Shown here piece by piece: positions 56,183-64,000 of a stretch of 64,000 nt of DNA. Position 1 is the first letter of the stretch. Each line of letters begins with the position of its first letter. The notes beneath the pieces are model-generated. The model was not told the DNA's origin. It did no database searches and worked only from the letters and a program-made list of their open reading frames with translations. Source of the DNA: an uncultured virus (IMG/VR IMGVR_UViG_3300034777_000432) (Duplodnaviria > Heunggongvirae > Uroviricota > Caudoviricetes); IMG/VR virus record IMGVR_UViG_3300034777_000432, one strand, 5' to 3'. A program made the position numbers and the translations under genes.

Positions 56183-57795
56183 TGGCTTGCGAATGTAAAC
56201 CAGGAAAAGGTCTTTGTAGAAGTTGTTTAAATAAACAAGCAAAACCATATATCGGTAATCCAGTTAATGGCAGAGGAGAGTTTACTACTGCTCAAATAGA
56301 AACATTCAGAAAACAGTTTGAAGGTACTATTGAAGGAGATACTAACGGAAATTCTTTAAGTAGTATGGTTAAAACTTACGGTAGTACAACATTTTATGAA
56401 GCCGTAGATAAAATAAATGCTGACTTCTTTAAAAGACAATCAACACTTGATGCTTTAGCAGCTAATAACGGAAATGATTATGAAGTTCTTAATTTTAGAA
56501 TTGCAAAAGGTCCGCTTACTGCTTTAGAAGTTGCATCATTCTTTGAAAGTTCTAATTATACTCCTGCAACAGCAATTGAATCTTCAAATGCAAATGGTCC
56601 AAGATTCTTATCTGAACTTGACGGTTATTATAACGGTGATTTTAGTACAAGTATTCTTGGTGGATTCTGTTCATTGTTTAATAATATCTTTGCAGCAATT
56701 AATGGATTCTTTGATTTACTTGATACTATTGATGGTGTATTACAGGATGTATTTGCACTTATTGAAAAGATTAAAAATATCGAAGATCCTATTAAAGCAT
56801 TGTTTGAGAAGATTAAAGTTAAAGCATTAATTGAATCAATTAAAAAGAAAATTAAAGAGATGATCGAAAAGACTATTCAAAAAGTCTGTAGATCTATATC
56901 TAACTTTAATGTTGAAGCAATTACTGGTCCAATTACAAGTCCTGTTCAAGCAAAAATAGTTGCAGATACTGAAGAAAAGAAAACAGCATTACAAACAGTA
57001 TGTGGACCAGAAGAAGCAAAGAGAATAACAGACAAAATTGAAAACTTAATTAATTACGCAGTAGGGTTATTTGAAAATCCATCAATAGAAGAAATTATGT
57101 TTTTAATATCTCGCCTTTGTGGACTTGCAACGGGTATTGAAGGACTGCTTAATGGTTTAAAAGATCCACTTAATGATTTTGCTAATAGATATGACGAAGT
57201 ATTTAATACATTATCAAACGCATCTAATAGGATTACTGGTGAAGCAATACGTGGCGGAGCTGCAAGATTATCCGAAGAGGCAAGACGAGAACAAATAAAT
57301 AAAGCAAGAGACGCATTTACTTTAGCAGGCAATTTTAGACCAATTTCTGCATTTGAATATAGAGACTTACCTGATTTCGACGCTCTTGTATTTGGTGATG
57401 ATTCAAGATTAGAAGTAGATGGCGATTGGGTGTTTGATATGAAACCAGCTGCAGAAGGCTGGACTATGCTTAATATAGATTTAAGGGTTATGCTTTTACG
57501 ATTGCACAAGAGAGCTACAAAAGAAAATGTAATTAATGGCAAGTTGATTTTAAAAGAAGGATTTACAAGCGTTCAATATAATCAAGAAATAGGTGGAGAT
57601 AAATCAACAGCTTATACACATGGTAATGCAGTTCTTTTAACTTGGAAAGGATTTGATCCTAAACGATTAGGAGAGTTTGAGCTTTTAGCAAGAAAAGAAG
57701 GATTTAGAGGAATAGGATTACATGATAAAGCCATACATTTGGATGTAGGCAGATCAAAATTCTGGGACAAACGTTCAGAAGATAACAGGAGCTAA
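56182..57795 (+). CDS. Baseplate-associated protein with helical region and degenerate peptidase M15-like C-domain
   Basis: YNQEIGG, FRGIG, IHLDVG; first His/Asp ligands appear missing. Confidence 0.55.
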   Translation: MACECKPGKGLCRSCLNKQAKPYIGNPVNGRGEFTTAQIETFRKQFEGTIEGDTNGNSLSSMVKTYGSTTFYEAVDKINADFFKRQSTLDALAANNGNDYEVLNFRIAKGPLTALEVASFFESSNYTPATAIESSNANGPRFLSELDGYYNGDFSTSILGGFCSLFNNIFAAINGFFDLLDTIDGVLQDVFALIEKIKNIEDPIKALFEKIKVKALIESIKKKIKEMIEKTIQKVCRSISNFNVEAITGPITSPVQAKIVADTEEKKTALQTVCGPEEAKRITDKIENLINYAVGLFENPSIEEIMFLISRLCGLATGIEGLLNGLKDPLNDFANRYDEVFNTLSNASNRITGEAIRGGAARLSEEARREQINKARDAFTLAGNFRPISAFEYRDLPDFDALVFGDDSRLEVDGDWVFDMKPAAEGWTMLNIDLRVMLLRLHKRATKENVINGKLILKEGFTSVQYNQEIGGDKSTAYTHGNAVLLTWKGFDPKRLGEFELLARKEGFRGIGLHDKAIHLDVGRSKFWDKRSEDNRS

Positions 57796-57797
57796 TT

Positions 57798-58214
57798 ATG
57801 GTAGCCAACGTATTTACGGCTAAAACTAAAAAAATTAATTTATATCAAGATTTTAAGAAGAATCTTGAGATTAGTCCTGTATCCTCAGATATAACAGTTT
57901 GGAAAGATGAAGATTCTGTTAAAGAATCTATTAAAAATCTTATACTTACAGACCGTGGCGAAAGATTAATGCAGCCAAATATTGGTGGCGATATTAATGC
58001 TTTATTATTCGAAAATATTACACCAGCAGTTCTAATATTAATTCAAAACCAAGTAAGGAACACGATTGAATTATATGAGCCAAGAGCAGAACTTATTGAT
58101 GTAACAGCAACTTCCAATATAGACGATAATACAGTCCGAGTCAAGATTGTATTTTATATAACAAACGTACAGCAGCCGATTAAGCTAGATGTATTCTTAG
58201 AGAGGACACGATAA
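57798..58214 (+). CDS. 25: Baseplate wedge gp25
   Basis: SIKNLILTDRGER..QP.IG, YEPR. Confidence 0.92.
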   Translation: MVANVFTAKTKKINLYQDFKKNLEISPVSSDITVWKDEDSVKESIKNLILTDRGERLMQPNIGGDINALLFENITPAVLILIQNQVRNTIELYEPRAELIDVTATSNIDDNTVRVKIVFYITNVQQPIKLDVFLERTR

Positions 58215-60011
58215 ATGGCTAAATTAAATATTTCAGAGTTGGATTTTGAATCAATCAAAGCCCAATTTAAAAACTATCTGAAAGGCCAGACGCAGTTCAA
58301 GGATTATAACTTTGAAGGTTCGAACATGTCAGTGTTCTTGGATGTCTTGGCTTATAACACATACCAAAATAACTTCTATACAAATATGGCAGTTAATGAA
58401 ATGTTCTTAGATTCAGCAGTGTTAAAAAACTCAGTGATGTCTCATGCAAAAGAACTTAATTATCTACCAAGATCACGACGATCAGCCAGAGCATTAGTTA
58501 CAGTTACTATTGTTGATACAACTATTGTGGGTCAAACAGTTACAATTCCTGCATATTCTGATTTCACTACTTCATTCCAAGGACAACAATTTAACTTTGT
58601 AAACGATAAAACATATGTTGCTCGTAAAACTGACGTTGGAACATTTGTTGCGGAAAATGTAGAAATCTTTGAAGGTGAAATGTTATCATCATTTGAAAGA
58701 GAAGGTTATTTTATTGGTGATGACGGTATTCTACGAGTTATTCTTACAAACGAAAACGCAGATACAGATTCAATCGAAGTATTCGTAGATGCTGAAGCAA
58801 CAGAAGATGCAAATAAGTTTATTCGTAAAGATGACTTATTTGGTGTAGGACCAACAGATAAAGTATTCTATGTAGAACCATATTACGATGGTCGTTATAC
58901 AGTTTACTTTGGTAATAACGTATTTGGTTTACAGCCCGAAGCATTCGAAGATATTCGAGTAAGATATCGTATTACATCAGGCACCGAAGCAAATGGAGCA
59001 GAAGCGTTTAATCTTGGCTCAGTAAGTCCTACCGCAACTATTGAGTGTCTTACTAAAGATATAGCTCAGGGTGGAGCAGACCGAGAAACATTAGAAAACA
59101 TTCGTTACTTTGCTCCTAAGTCTTTACAAATTCAAGAAAGAGCAATTACAACTAATGATTATGAAATCCTCTTAAAACAAAACTTTCCAGAAATTGATGC
59201 AGTAGCAGCTTATGGTGGTGAAACATTAGAACCACCTCAGTTTGGTAAGGTTGCAATATCTGTTTATCTAGGAGAAGGTCGTGAAGGATTAAGTCAAGTG
59301 TTAGCTGCAGCATATATTAAATTCTTAAAAGAAAAGAGTCCTCTTGGAATTGAACCAATCTTTATTGCATCAGAATTTATTTACGCATGTGTTGAAGCAA
59401 ACGTTTCATTCAATACTAAAGTTACTAAGAAATCAGCTGGTGAGATTGAAGCAAATATTAGAAATACAGTTCAAACTTATAACACAACTTACTTAGATGA
59501 CTTTGATACAACTTTAAGATTATCTAAACTATCTTCAAACATTGATGCTACTGACGAATCAATATTGAGTAACGAAATTAATGTTTGTCCTTACGTTGTT
59601 TATTCACCAGCACTTAATATTGCATCCTCACCATCATTTAAATTCTATACAAAACTTGTTAAGCCATATCCGTTTAAAGATTCTAATGGATTCAAAGATT
59701 ATAAACCAGCGGTCGTAAGTGGTGCATTCTCATTTAATGGTGTTGAATCATATTTCCAAGACGATGGTATCGGTAATATTCAAATTGTAACTTCAGATGT
59801 AGCTAACCCACAGATCGTTAAGCCAATCGCCGGCAAAGTAAATTACGAAACGGGCGAAATCAATTTGGTTGACTTTAAAGTTGATGGTTATAAAGGATCA
59901 GGAATTAAAGTTATGGCAACTACTGCGGCTGACGATATTAAATCTCCTGCAGGAAGAATCTTTATTGTACTCGACGATGACGTAACAATCAATATGGTAG
60001 AGGTTAGATAA
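58215..60011 (+). CDS. 6: Baseplate wedge gp6
   Basis: LDFE.IK, DYNFEGS, LAYNT, EMFLDSA, FG.NVFG, RAITTNDY, GKV. Confidence 0.93.
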   Translation: MAKLNISELDFESIKAQFKNYLKGQTQFKDYNFEGSNMSVFLDVLAYNTYQNNFYTNMAVNEMFLDSAVLKNSVMSHAKELNYLPRSRRSARALVTVTIVDTTIVGQTVTIPAYSDFTTSFQGQQFNFVNDKTYVARKTDVGTFVAENVEIFEGEMLSSFEREGYFIGDDGILRVILTNENADTDSIEVFVDAEATEDANKFIRKDDLFGVGPTDKVFYVEPYYDGRYTVYFGNNVFGLQPEAFEDIRVRYRITSGTEANGAEAFNLGSVSPTATIECLTKDIAQGGADRETLENIRYFAPKSLQIQERAITTNDYEILLKQNFPEIDAVAAYGGETLEPPQFGKVAISVYLGEGREGLSQVLAAAYIKFLKEKSPLGIEPIFIASEFIYACVEANVSFNTKVTKKSAGEIEANIRNTVQTYNTTYLDDFDTTLRLSKLSSNIDATDESILSNEINVCPYVVYSPALNIASSPSFKFYTKLVKPYPFKDSNGFKDYKPAVVSGAFSFNGVESYFQDDGIGNIQIVTSDVANPQIVKPIAGKVNYETGEINLVDFKVDGYKGSGIKVMATTAADDIKSPAGRIFIVLDDDVTINMVEVR

Positions 60012-60012
60012 G

Positions 60013-62346
60013 ATGGCTGATAATACCGTTACACTAGTCGAAAAGAATATCGCGTTTAAAATCGCGCAACAGTTCCCTGCTTATTATAGAGAGTATGGGT
60101 CTGAGCTAGTTGCAATGGTAGAACACTATTATAAGTTCGTAGAAACCCAGCCTAATATGGGTGTTTATAACTCACGTAGGTTATTTGAATATAGAGATGT
60201 TGGTACGACTCTTTCTGAAATGTTAATTTTCTTTAAGAAGAAATATATGGCAGATATGCCGCCAATTGAAGATGATAAAACAGTAAAATTTGTTATACGT
60301 AATATTTTAGATTTATATCGTCGAAAAGGTACAGAAGCAGGTTTAATATTATTCTTTAGAATGTTCTATAAAGAAGACATTCAAGTAATGTATCCTGCAA
60401 AGTATATGTTAAAAGCATCTGATTCTATTTGGAAAACCGGTACTTACTTACAAATCCTTCCAAATAATAATAGTTTTGTATCGAGATTAGGATCAAGATA
60501 TGAATATAACGATTTATTAAGTAGAAACATTTATGGATCTATTTCTAAAGCAAAAGCTATCGTAGATAAAATTAACTTTGTTTATTTAAATGGTACATTA
60601 ACACCTATCATTTATATTACAGGAACAAAAGGAACATTCGTTAAGTTCGATGATATTATGTGTAGAATCGGAAGCGAAGATGTTGCCTTTGGTAAATTAA
60701 ATGGTTCAGCAAATGAAATTGCAATCGATTTAGATTATGGTGGAACCACAGGTAATAACGTTGGTGATATTTTTAATATTAAATCAGAATACGGTAAAGG
60801 CGGTACTGCGATTGTAACTGAATTGCAAACTGAATTTACTGGTACAGTTGATTATACTATTAAAGACGGTGGATTCGGTTATACAATTGACAATACAAAA
60901 TTATTAGTATCAGATTTAGTTGTTGTTTTACCAAACGAAGATTTTAGATTCCGAGAACTCGAAGTATTAAGAGATAATCAAGGTAATGAAGGTACAGTTA
61001 TAGGCCAAAACTCTATTGCAGTTGGCGTTAAAATGGAACCTGGCGATACATTTGCAATTGGCAGACCAATTTCTACAATAAATCGCGAAGACGAAAACGG
61101 AAATCCTGATAACTTTACAATTACTGCATATGATCCTGAAGATGGAACCGGAGATATATTCGGTGTATCGGCAGTAAATAACTCTTCACCTGGTGCTTTA
61201 TATGCAAACACAGGAGTTATAACTGACGTTAAAGTAGAAGAGTTAGAAAACATTGAAAGTGTTTCTTTAATTACAGATATTGTTGGAAACTTTACTGCAG
61301 TACCAATTAACTCATCTGATTATAATGCAGTTCCACCGGCATTAATTCCAATGTCAGGTACCGCTTCTCCAGTAACTCTTTCAACACCTTTAAATCAAGC
61401 ATTCGATTTAACACCATTTGATATTGGTACTATTAAATCTTTTGAAAATATAAATCCTGGTTCAGAATATGTTAATGATACATTTAGTATTGCAATAGAT
61501 GAACAAATGGCAGCGTTTGAAAGATACGATCAAATTATTATTGTTGATAATTTCTCTGCCTCATTCTCAGTTGGCGATACAATTACCCAAGCATTAACGA
61601 GTACTACTGCTGTTATTAATAAAGTTGATAATGATGCTGGTATTTTATATGTTACACCATATAGTTATTATGGATTAAGAACAGCGGCAGCCAATGCAGA
61701 GTTTGTTCATAAAGGTAATGAATACGATATATTAGCAGTTAATAGAGATTATGGTTCTGAAAAGTTTGGATTAAATGCCGATATTGAAAACAGAACATTA
61801 TTCTCTGAAGGAAGAATTAAAGCAGCAGAAATAAGAAACTCTGGCTTTGGTTATATTGATGGAGAAACTGTATTTTTAACTAATGATCTCGATGAAATTC
61901 AAGCAAGTGGAATATTAAGTGCAAGGACACAAGGTATTACAGCTGGATTCTGGGGAAGCAAAAGCTCTCATATCAATGGTTATTTTACTGATCCAATCGA
62001 TAAAGTATTTAAATACTATGATTCAGATATGAAGGTTCAAGATAGTGATTACTATCAAGAATATTCTTATGTAATTAAATCAACGGTAGATCAAAAGAAA
62101 TATGATAAGGTTGTAAAAGATACAATGCACCTTGCAGGATCTAAACTATTTGGTAGATTTTCATACGAACAAACAACAGGTCCTAAGGTCTCATCTCGAT
62201 TCCAAATAATACGTAAAGATGATTATGTTAAAGGTGGAGATCCTATTGTTGGTCCTAATCAAGATACGGGCGACCAAACAGTTAGGGCAGACAATTTTGT
62301 ATATACAGTAGACGATACACTTACGTTTACTGTCGATAACGGTTAA
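60013..62346 (+). CDS. Baseplate wedge gp7-like protein
   Basis: QFP, Y.RKGT, QDSDYYQEYSYVIKS, H.AG. Confidence 0.75.
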   Translation: MADNTVTLVEKNIAFKIAQQFPAYYREYGSELVAMVEHYYKFVETQPNMGVYNSRRLFEYRDVGTTLSEMLIFFKKKYMADMPPIEDDKTVKFVIRNILDLYRRKGTEAGLILFFRMFYKEDIQVMYPAKYMLKASDSIWKTGTYLQILPNNNSFVSRLGSRYEYNDLLSRNIYGSISKAKAIVDKINFVYLNGTLTPIIYITGTKGTFVKFDDIMCRIGSEDVAFGKLNGSANEIAIDLDYGGTTGNNVGDIFNIKSEYGKGGTAIVTELQTEFTGTVDYTIKDGGFGYTIDNTKLLVSDLVVVLPNEDFRFRELEVLRDNQGNEGTVIGQNSIAVGVKMEPGDTFAIGRPISTINREDENGNPDNFTITAYDPEDGTGDIFGVSAVNNSSPGALYANTGVITDVKVEELENIESVSLITDIVGNFTAVPINSSDYNAVPPALIPMSGTASPVTLSTPLNQAFDLTPFDIGTIKSFENINPGSEYVNDTFSIAIDEQMAAFERYDQIIIVDNFSASFSVGDTITQALTSTTAVINKVDNDAGILYVTPYSYYGLRTAAANAEFVHKGNEYDILAVNRDYGSEKFGLNADIENRTLFSEGRIKAAEIRNSGFGYIDGETVFLTNDLDEIQASGILSARTQGITAGFWGSKSSHINGYFTDPIDKVFKYYDSDMKVQDSDYYQEYSYVIKSTVDQKKYDKVVKDTMHLAGSKLFGRFSYEQTTGPKVSSRFQIIRKDDYVKGGDPIVGPNQDTGDQTVRADNFVYTVDDTLTFTVDNG

Positions 62347-62389
62347 ATAAATAAGCTATTAAAGCTATATAAAACTTATAGGAGTACAC

Positions 62390-63460
62390 ATGGCTAAATT
62401 AATAATTAACATAGGCGAGGAAGCCAATGACGGAACGGGTGATCCAATTCGTTCAGCCATGTCGAAAACCAATGCTAACTTTACTGAACTGTATGACAAT
62501 ATTGGAGATTTAACATTACTAGATCTCGATATTGAAGACGGTGAAGATGGGCAGGTGCTTACGGCAAACGGCGACGGTACTTTCTCTTTTGCTGCTGGTG
62601 GTTCTGGCGGCGGTTCAGCATATGTAGATGCTGACGTTGACGTACATTTAAATACATCTACTGCAAGTTCAGGTCAAATTTTATCCTGGGATGGTAGTGA
62701 TTATGATTGGATTGCTGCAGCAAGTGGCGGTGGATCATATGCAAATGCTGATGTAGACGCTCATTTAAATAATTCATCTACTCCATCAGGAAAAATTCTA
62801 AGTTGGAATGGATCTGATTATGCGTGGGTAGATCAAGCAGGTTCAGGCGCTTCATATTCAGATTCTGACGCAATTGCAGCGGTAGTTGGCGCAGATTTAG
62901 ATATGGGTGGCAATAAAGTATTATTTGGTAACGTATATTCTGCAGAAGGCGATTTACCAAGTGCTTCAACATATCACGGTATGTTTGCACACGTACATGG
63001 AACAGGCGCAGCATATTTTGCTCACTCAGGTTCTTGGGTAAGATTAGCAAATCAATCAGAAGTTGGTGGCGGAGGTGGTTTACCATCTCGTTCAGATAAG
63101 TCAGCCGCAACAGCTTCTATTGCAAACGGAGTATCAACAGATATTGATATTACAGGATTTAAAGGATACGGATTATATACAATCACAACATCAGCTGCAG
63201 CTTGGGTAACAATTTATGCTACCAACACAGCACGTAGTGCAGATAATTCAAGATTAGAAACTACAGATCCTGCTCCAGATTCAGGTATTATTGCAGAAGT
63301 AATTACAACCGGAGCTCAAACAGTAATGATCTCTCCTGGTGTAATTGGTTATAATTTAGAATCAACACCAACAACAAACATACCTGTTAAAGTAAGAAAT
63401 AAAAGCGGTGGCACAACGGCTATTACAGTAACACTTAATGTTCTTCAGTTAGAGGCTTAA
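62390..63460 (+). CDS. gp9/gp10-like fibre-connector or fibre protein
   Basis: IGEEANDGTGDPIR.A..KTNANFTELY N-terminal motif; two DVD.HLN..S.GxILSWxGSDYxW repeats. Confidence 0.7.
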   Translation: MAKLIINIGEEANDGTGDPIRSAMSKTNANFTELYDNIGDLTLLDLDIEDGEDGQVLTANGDGTFSFAAGGSGGGSAYVDADVDVHLNTSTASSGQILSWDGSDYDWIAAASGGGSYANADVDAHLNNSSTPSGKILSWNGSDYAWVDQAGSGASYSDSDAIAAVVGADLDMGGNKVLFGNVYSAEGDLPSASTYHGMFAHVHGTGAAYFAHSGSWVRLANQSEVGGGGGLPSRSDKSAATASIANGVSTDIDITGFKGYGLYTITTSAAAWVTIYATNTARSADNSRLETTDPAPDSGIIAEVITTGAQTVMISPGVIGYNLESTPTTNIPVKVRNKSGGTTAITVTLNVLQLEA

Positions 63461-63463
63461 TAA

Positions 63464-64000
63464 ATGCTACAGGAATGGATCATCACACTTCATAATAGAG
63501 AAGATTTAGAATCTTTTTATGATGATATGGAAACAGAAGGCGGTGATTTGTTTATTCCAAACAGAGCGGTCGGGCTTACCCATAGAAGAGAAATAAGTCG
63601 TAACACTCATTACATGTTAGAACATGCTGAAGCAATGCTCATTAAACAAGACGATAGAGTAAGAGCTGTTGAACTCGTAGAAATGATAGAACTCACAACG
63701 CGTCCTGCTGGTTGGAAAGTAACTGAAAAGTTTTCTAAAGATTGGTTTACAGATGTAGACGACGTAAACTGGGGTTTGCTTAGACATTCCGAAGAAGCAA
63801 ATAGAAGTAACTGGGGCTCTGACGGTAGTAGTCCAAATATAACTGATACGCTAACAGTTACTGCTTCAGGTAAAAATGTTGATGTTGTAATTGTAGATGG
63901 TCATATTAATCCTGCCCACCCAGAATTTGCAGCAATTGGAACTGGGATAGATTATTCAAATGGTGCACTTGTAAATGACTCATCTAATGGAGCAGTATTT
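63464..64000 (+). CDS. Subtilisin-like (S8) serine protease, virion-associated; 3'-truncated by window
   Basis: Open to window end: SRNTHY, NWGL.RH, GKNVDVVIVDG..HPEF (catalytic Asp region). Confidence 0.75.
   Translation, partial: MLQEWIITLHNREDLESFYDDMETEGGDLFIPNRAVGLTHRREISRNTHYMLEHAEAMLIKQDDRVRAVELVEMIELTTRPAGWKVTEKFSKDWFTDVDDVNWGLLRHSEEANRSNWGSDGSSPNITDTLTVTASGKNVDVVIVDGHINPAHPEFAAIGTGIDYSNGALVNDSSNGAVF

Noticed and set aside
62620..62830. DNA direct repeat as a diversity-generating (TR/VR) element
   Set aside because: It is an in-frame protein repeat with differences not restricted to adenines, and no reverse transcriptase is present
1..64000. Genome-wide stop-codon reassignment
   Set aside because: Core genes are full length under the standard code, and TAA, TAG and TGA all end conserved genes
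1..64000. CRISPR array, transposase/integrase, intron, intein or homing endonuclease
   Set aside because: No regularly spaced repeats or such motifs seen; gp52, gp44, gp42 and gp6 are uninterrupted

Overview
This 64 kb window is a segment of a large T4-like myophage genome, most likely marine or aquatic and infecting a proteobacterium. Support comes from many near-consensus TTGACA-N17-TATAAT early promoters and T4-type TATAAATA late promoters. Left to right it contains: (1) topoisomerase II genes (gp39/60 C-terminus, gp52), two tRNAs (Arg-TCT, Leu-TAA), galE and several structured non-coding elements; (2) a minus-strand operon of exported proteins, including pilin-like and chaperone-like genes; (3) iscA and groES; (4) a ~14 kb island with a tail-fibre gene followed by radical SAM, glycosyltransferase, methyltransferase, desaturase, GNAT and about seven 2OG-Fe(II) oxygenase genes; (5) small early genes; (6) a DNA-modification cluster; (7) dexA, gp45/44/62, regA, dUTPase and hsp20; (8) the tail/baseplate module (tape-measure-like, gp51/26, 54, 2, 4, 48, 53, 27, 5, 25, 6, 7, 9/10-like, S8 protease). 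The strongest candidate for a new system is the cluster at ~31.3-39.4 kb. It pairs a T4 gp42-type dCMP hydroxymethylase with myo-inositol-1-phosphate synthase, a HAD phosphatase and three enzymes ending in a clamp-binding-like [ST]LExF tail: an aGPT-Pplase-like protein, a beta-glucosyltransferase-N/SGNH chimera, and a C5-MTase-fold protein with a degenerate SAM motif. This suggests inositol-based cytosine hypermodification. Other notable items are a promoter-defined 184-nt ncRNA, a candidate UGA read-through tail on a pilin-like gene, and a candidate -1 frameshift joining gp26 and gp51. All calls come from motif recognition by eye; no database searches were run.
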